Shown here in pieces: positions 59,045-64,000 of a stretch of DNA of 64,000 bases; the stretch's first letter is position 1; the number at the start of each line of letters is the position of its first letter. A program made the position numbers and the translations under genes. The notes beneath the pieces are model-generated. The model searched no databases. It was not told the DNA's origin and was given only the letters and a program-made list of their open reading frames with translations. Source of the stretch: an uncultured Pseudomonadota bacterium (GTDB lineage Bacteria > Pseudomonadota > Alphaproteobacteria > JACZXZ01); NCBI GenBank assembly GCA_963749075.1, contig CAVVLJ010000017.1:384001-448000 (forward strand), read 5' to 3'.

Positions 59045-60187
59045 ATGGCGCGCATCGATCTCCCGCTCCAGCCGAACGGCTGCAAGGTGCAGTGGTCTTA
59101 TCTGCCCAAGCAGTTCGGCAAGGCGAGCATCGAGGCTATCCTCGAGCGCTTGCGCGACTTCGTGCCGACCGGCGATTTCACGCTCGGCAAGCCGGTGCGC
59201 GAGTTCGAGGAGCGTTTCGCCAAGCTGATCGGCGCGCGCTATGCGATCGGAGTCAATTCGGGGACCGATGCCCTGAAGCTTTCGCTCAAGGCGCTCGGCG
59301 TCGGGCCGGGCGACGAGGTCATCACCGCCGCGAACACCTTCGTCGCGACGGCGGGTGCCATCGCGGAGACCTATGCCCGTCCGGTCTTCGTCGATTGCAC
59401 CGATAATTTCTGCCTGGACGTGGGGCGAGTCGAGGCGGCGATCACGGAGCGCACCAAGGCTCTCATGCCGGTCCACCTGGCCGGCCAGATGACCGACATG
59501 CCTGCCTTGCTCAAGATCGCCGAAAAGCACGGCTTGCCGATCGTCGAGGACAGCTGCCAATGCATCCTCGGCGCGATCGGCGGCAAGCATGCCGGCACCT
59601 ATGGACGGACCGGCGGCTTCTCATTGCATCCGCTCAAGAACCTCAACGTCTGGGGCGACGGCGGCATGATCGTGACCAGCGACGGCGAGCTCGACGCAAA
59701 GCTGCGCATGCTGCGCAACCACGGGCTCGCGGGCCGCGACCGCATGGCGATGCTCGGCTGCAACTCGCGCCTGGATTCGCTCCAGGCGGCGGTCGGCAAC
59801 TGGCTGATCGAGCAGGTCGACTTCATCACCTCGGCCCGCATCGGGAACGCCGCCTACCTCGATCGCGGGCTCGGCGCGATCCCCCAGCTCCGGCTCCCGC
59901 AACGCTTTGCCGACCGCAGGCTGGTCTTCCACCTCTATATCGTCTTCGCCGAGCGGCGCGACGAGCTGGCGGCGTTCTGCAGGCGCCACGGCATCGAGGT
60001 CAGGATCCACTATCCGGTGCCCCTCTATCTGCAGGACGGCGTCAAGCATCTCGGCTACAAAAAAGGCGACTTTCCCGTCACGGACCGGCACGCCGCGACG
60101 ATGCTTTCCTTCCCGGCGCATGAGCATCTCACCGAGCAGCAGCTCGCCTATATCGTCGAGACCGTGTCCGAGTTCTACGAGGGCTAG
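59045..60187 (+). CDS. DegT/DnrJ/EryC1/StrS sugar aminotransferase
   Basis: NSGTDAL, EDSCQ, FSLHPLKNLN, NSRLD. Confidence 0.93.
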   Translation: MARIDLPLQPNGCKVQWSYLPKQFGKASIEAILERLRDFVPTGDFTLGKPVREFEERFAKLIGARYAIGVNSGTDALKLSLKALGVGPGDEVITAANTFVATAGAIAETYARPVFVDCTDNFCLDVGRVEAAITERTKALMPVHLAGQMTDMPALLKIAEKHGLPIVEDSCQCILGAIGGKHAGTYGRTGGFSLHPLKNLNVWGDGGMIVTSDGELDAKLRMLRNHGLAGRDRMAMLGCNSRLDSLQAAVGNWLIEQVDFITSARIGNAAYLDRGLGAIPQLRLPQRFADRRLVFHLYIVFAERRDELAAFCRRHGIEVRIHYPVPLYLQDGVKHLGYKKGDFPVTDRHAATMLSFPAHEHLTEQQLAYIVETVSEFYEG

Positions 60188-60188
60188 C

Positions 60189-61302
60189 ATGGCCCGTTAC
60201 GACATCCCCTATGTGAACCTCGCTGCCCAGAGCGCCGAGCAGCTGCCCGATCTCGTGGCGATCTTCGAGCGCGTCATGCGGCGCGGCGAATTCGTGGTTG
60301 CGGAGGAGGAGGTCGCGGGGTTCGAGCGGCGCATGGCGGACTATTGCGGCACCCGCGAAGCCGTGGCGCTCGCCTCGGGGACCGACGCGCTGGCGCTGTC
60401 GTTGAGGGTGGTGGGGATCGGACCGGGCGACGAGGTGATCACGCCGCCCAATTCCTTCGTGGCCTCCACCGCGACGGTCGTCCAATCGGGCGCGCGGCCG
60501 GTCTTTGCCGACGTGTTGCCGGACCAGAACATCGATCCTGCCGCGGTCGAGCGCGCCATCACGGCTCGGACCAAGGCGATCATGCCGGTGCATTTGACGG
60601 GGCGAATCTGCCGCATGGATGAGATCATGGCGCTGGCCGAGCGCCACAATCTGGCGGTGATCGAGGACGCGGCCCAGGCGATCGGCTCGACCTTCCAGGG
60701 GCGCAAGAGCGGCTCGTTCGGTCATTTCGGCTGCTTCTCTACCCATCCCCTCAAAAACCTCAATTCCGTGGGCGATGGTGGTTTCGTCACGACGAACGAC
60801 GTGGCGGCTGCCGCGCGGCTCCGCCGGTTGCGCAGCCACGGGCTCGCCGACCGGGCGACCGTCGAAGAATGGGGCACGGTTGCGCGCATGGATGTGCTGC
60901 AAGCGGCCATCCTGAACTACCGTTTCGACAAGCTGCCCGAGATCATCGCGCGGCGGCGGGAGAACGCGGCGCTCTATCAGCGGCTGCTCAAGCACGAGAA
61001 GGTCTTCGTGCCGCCCTGCCGGCAGGACGAGTTCAACACCTTCCATACGTTCGTCATTCAGCTCGAGCGCCGGGACGAGCTTCAGCGCCACCTCCGCGAC
61101 CTCGGCATCAAGACCGCGATCCACTACCCCTTGCCCATCCACCTCCAGCCGGCCGCAGCACGGCTCGGCTACAAAGCCGGAGACTTCCCGGTCGCCGAGC
61201 GCCAGGCCGGGCGCATCATCACGCTCCCGGTCAACCAATATATGCGCCCGTCGGACGTTCGAGGCCGTGGCGCTCGAGATCTTGCGCTTCTACGGCTCCT
61301 GA
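60189..61302 (+). CDS. Second DegT-family aminotransferase, with a frameshift at 61258-61259 near the 3' end
   Basis: SGTDAL, EDAAQ, FSTHPLKNLN; removing one T gives …DVEAVALEILRFYGS* and undoes the apparent fusion to transketolase. Confidence 0.9.
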
Positions 61303-61385
61303 TGCGATCGGCTGCCGGGGGTGCCTCCTTGATTTGCCGCCCGCGTTGGTCTATCGGGATGAGGCGGATTTCCATGAAGGAGGCC

Positions 61386-62231
61386 ATGGCGTTCACCTAT
61401 TCGACCGACCTCGAGCGGGTGAAGGCGCAGCCCCTCGATGAGCGCAGCCGGCATCTGCGCGGCCTGATCTTCCGCGCGATCGAGAAGGGCGGCCGCGGCC
61501 ATATCGGTCCCGCGCTCTCGATCGTCGAGATCGTTCGCGTGCTTTACGACGATATCCTGCGCCAGCGCCCGGCCGAGCCGAAATGGCCGGGACGCGACCG
61601 CTTCATCCTGAGCAAGGGCCATGGCTGCCTGGCGCTCTATGCGGTGCTGGCCGACCTTGGTTACTTCCCCCAGCACGAGCTCGACCGCTTCTGCCATTTC
61701 GACGGCATCCTCGGCGGCCATCCCGAGGTCATTGTCCCGGGCGTCGAGGCCTGCACGGGTGCCTTGGGGCACGGCCTCCCGGTCGGAGTCGGCATGGCGC
61801 TCGCGGCGCGCATTCAGGGGCGCGACAGCCGGATCGTGGTGCTGATGGGCGACGGCGAGATCAACGAGGGATCCGTGTGGGAGGCCGCGGCCTCTGCCGA
61901 CAAGCACCGGCTCGCCAATCTCGTCGCGATCATCGACTACAACAGGATGCAATCCGCGGGAAGCGTCTACGAGATCCAGAATATGGAGCCGCTCGCCGAC
62001 AAGTGGGCCAGCTTCGGCTTTCAGGTCTCCGAGTGCAACGGCCATGACGTGGTGGAGCTGCGCGCGGCGCTGGGCGCCGCGGTGCGCCTGCCCGCCGATC
62101 GGGCGCGCCTGGTGATCTGCCATACGGTCAAGGGCAAGGGCGTCCCCTCGGCCGAGAACAATCCGTCCTGGCACCACAAATCGGATCTCACGGACGAGGT
62201 CCGCCGGGCCATCCGCGGCGCGTCGGGCTGA
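61386..62231 (+). CDS. Transketolase, N-terminal (TPP-binding) subunit
   Basis: AAGGAGG RBS; RDRFILSKGH, GALGHGL, GDGEINEG. Confidence 0.92.
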   Translation: MAFTYSTDLERVKAQPLDERSRHLRGLIFRAIEKGGRGHIGPALSIVEIVRVLYDDILRQRPAEPKWPGRDRFILSKGHGCLALYAVLADLGYFPQHELDRFCHFDGILGGHPEVIVPGVEACTGALGHGLPVGVGMALAARIQGRDSRIVVLMGDGEINEGSVWEAAASADKHRLANLVAIIDYNRMQSAGSVYEIQNMEPLADKWASFGFQVSECNGHDVVELRAALGAAVRLPADRARLVICHTVKGKGVPSAENNPSWHHKSDLTDEVRRAIRGASG

Positions 62232-62242
62232 GAGGGCCGCCC

Positions 62243-63190
62243 TTGCGCAAGCGCAGCCTCGCCATGGTCTACGAGCTCGCCAAGCGCGACCGTCGCGTCG
62301 TCTTCATCGGTTCCGATCTGTCGCCCGGCACCCTGCCCGAGCTCAAGCGGGAGTGCCCCGAGCGCTACTTCATGGAAGGGATCGCCGAGGCCAACGTCAT
62401 CGGCATGGCGGCGGGCATGGCCATGGAGGGGCTGCTGCCCTACGTCAACACCATCGCGACCTTCATCACCCGCCGCTGCTACGAGCAGGTCGCGGTCGAT
62501 CTCTGTCTGCACGATCTTCCGGTGCGCCTGATCGGGAACGGCGGCGGCTACGTCTACGCGCCCCTCGGCCCCACGCACCAGGCGATCGAGGATATCGCCA
62601 TCATGCGGGCGCTGCCCAATATGACGGTGACCGCGGTCTGCGACGCGGACGAGATAGCCCGACTGATGGCCGCAAGCCTCGACTGGCCGCACCCGATCTA
62701 CATCCGTCTCGGCAAGGGCGGCGATCCGATCATCAGCCGCGACGCGCGCGGCTTCGCGATCGGCAAGGCGATCGACATGATCGACGACGCAAGGGATGGT
62801 TCCGACGTGCTGCTGATCTCGACCGGCGTGGCGACGACCCAGGCGCTCCAGGCGGCCGAGCGGCTCGCAGCGGAGGGGGTGCGCTGCCGGCTGCTCCATC
62901 TCCACACCATCAAGCCGCTGGATCGCCGGGCGGTCCTTGACGCGGCGTCCGCCACCGACCTCGTCGTGACCGTCGAGGAGCATAGCGTGATCGGCGAACT
63001 CGGCAGTGCCGTGCTCGAGGCGCTGGCCGACGGGGGCGCGGACGGCTTGCCTCGCGTCAAGCGCCTCGGCATCCCCGATAAGTTCGCCAAGCACTACGGC
63101 AGTCAAAGTGCCTTGATGGCTCATTGGGGACTGGATGCGGCTGGCATCGTCCGCGCGGTGCATGATGCGCGCGGCGGCTTGCGAACATGA
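62243..63190 (+). CDS. Transketolase, C-terminal subunit
   Basis: GIAEAN, LGPTHQAIEDIA, YIRLGK, TVEEH. Confidence 0.92.
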   Translation: MRKRSLAMVYELAKRDRRVVFIGSDLSPGTLPELKRECPERYFMEGIAEANVIGMAAGMAMEGLLPYVNTIATFITRRCYEQVAVDLCLHDLPVRLIGNGGGYVYAPLGPTHQAIEDIAIMRALPNMTVTAVCDADEIARLMAASLDWPHPIYIRLGKGGDPIISRDARGFAIGKAIDMIDDARDGSDVLLISTGVATTQALQAAERLAAEGVRCRLLHLHTIKPLDRRAVLDAASATDLVVTVEEHSVIGELGSAVLEALADGGADGLPRVKRLGIPDKFAKHYGSQSALMAHWGLDAAGIVRAVHDARGGLRT

Positions 63191-63417
63191 CCGGAACGGG
63201 CCCGTCTCCTGCCGCCGGATCTTCGGGGATTTTCGTTGCCAAAGTGGCCCAGGGCTTCCATTGTCGCCGTGGGGCGAGCAATCCAAATAGCGGTCCGCCG
63301 GCGACTTCGTCGCTTCGGGAAGAATAGCCGTGGAGAGCGGGGAGGTGCGTTATCGCAAGGCGGCCGGAGGCGACGCCGTTTGCGCCACGGTCGGAGCCGC
63401 GCGCCCGGGGGCCGGGT

Positions 63418-64000
63418 ATGGCGGCTGCTAAATTGAGGACACTCGATGAGTTGGCCGCGATCGCCGCGGCGGCGCGCGCCGCGGGCAAGGCCGTCGTTCT
63501 CGCGCACGGCGTGTTCGACATCTTGCACATCGGCCACAAGCGACACCTCGAGATGGGCAAGCGCAACGGCGACGTTCTCATCGTCACGCTGACCGCCGAC
63601 GACTACGTGAACAAGGGTCCCGGACGGCCGATCTTCGCGGAGAAGCTGCGGGCGGAAATGCTCTCGGCACTCGACGTGGTCGACTATGTCGGCATCTCGC
63701 CAAGTCCCGGGGCGGAGCTCGTCATCGATAAGATACGGCCGCGGGTCTACGTCAAGGGGTCCGAATACGGCGACGAGGAAAACGACTTGACCGGCCGGAT
63801 CAAGACGGAGAGGGCGTGCGTCGAGCGCTTCGGCGGGCGGGTGATATTCACCGACGACATCACCTTCAGCTCGTCGAGTCTCGCCAACCGCGCGCTACAG
63901 ACTTTCCCCGAGGATGCCGCCGAATATTTGAAGGACATGCGCGGGCAGGTCGGCTTCGGGGAGCTGCAAGCCAAGCTTCGCGCCTTGCGCGGAATGCATT
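63418..64000 (+). CDS. Cytidylyltransferase-domain protein (RfaE/HldE-like), 3'-truncated by the window edge
   Basis: HGVFDILHIGH, TADDYVNKGPGRPIF, YVKGSEY. Confidence 0.88.
   Translation, partial: MAAAKLRTLDELAAIAAAARAAGKAVVLAHGVFDILHIGHKRHLEMGKRNGDVLIVTLTADDYVNKGPGRPIFAEKLRAEMLSALDVVDYVGISPSPGAELVIDKIRPRVYVKGSEYGDEENDLTGRIKTERACVERFGGRVIFTDDITFSSSSLANRALQTFPEDAAEYLKDMRGQVGFGELQAKLRALRGMH

Noticed and set aside
59907-62231. 774-aa DegT-transketolase fusion ORF
   Set aside because: Produced by the +1 insertion at 61258-61259; the repaired DegT stops at 61302 and the transketolase has its own strong RBS

Overview
Very GC-rich chromosomal window, inferred to come from an alphaproteobacterium (Rhodospirillales-like gene set). 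Most of it is ordinary metabolism: NRAMP/TerC transporters, a SoxYZ-cytochrome c-FCSD sulfur module, glpK, sarcosine oxidase soxBDAG, an RpoH-family sigma factor, SRAP, the AmmeMemoRadiSam trio, cysQ, tsaC, acyl-CoA/SDR genes, speE, Hsp20, nupC, uppP, c-di-GMP enzymes, a hydantoinase/oxoprolinase pair, a Phd/PemK-like toxin-antitoxin pair and the start of a nucleotide-sugar cluster. The best candidate for an undescribed system is a compact lambda-like switch at 7635-10509. It has an XRE repressor with an apparently leaderless start, two clusters of 17-bp CGATAC-N5-GTATCG operators overlapping outward-facing sigma70 promoters, a structured RNA leader and a DUF6456 (GafZ/Q-like) gene, but no integrase, replication or virion genes nearby. 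A second signal is that all six frameshifts I found are the same one-base T insertion at GACGT^C or AGAT^CTCG, which points to motif-specific (possibly DNA-modification-driven) sequencing errors. Also present are a nested MITE-in-REP insertion, an unannotated FixK-box-linked 37-aa membrane protein and candidate sRNAs. No rRNA, tRNA or CRISPR array was seen. All family assignments are from motif recognition, not database searches.
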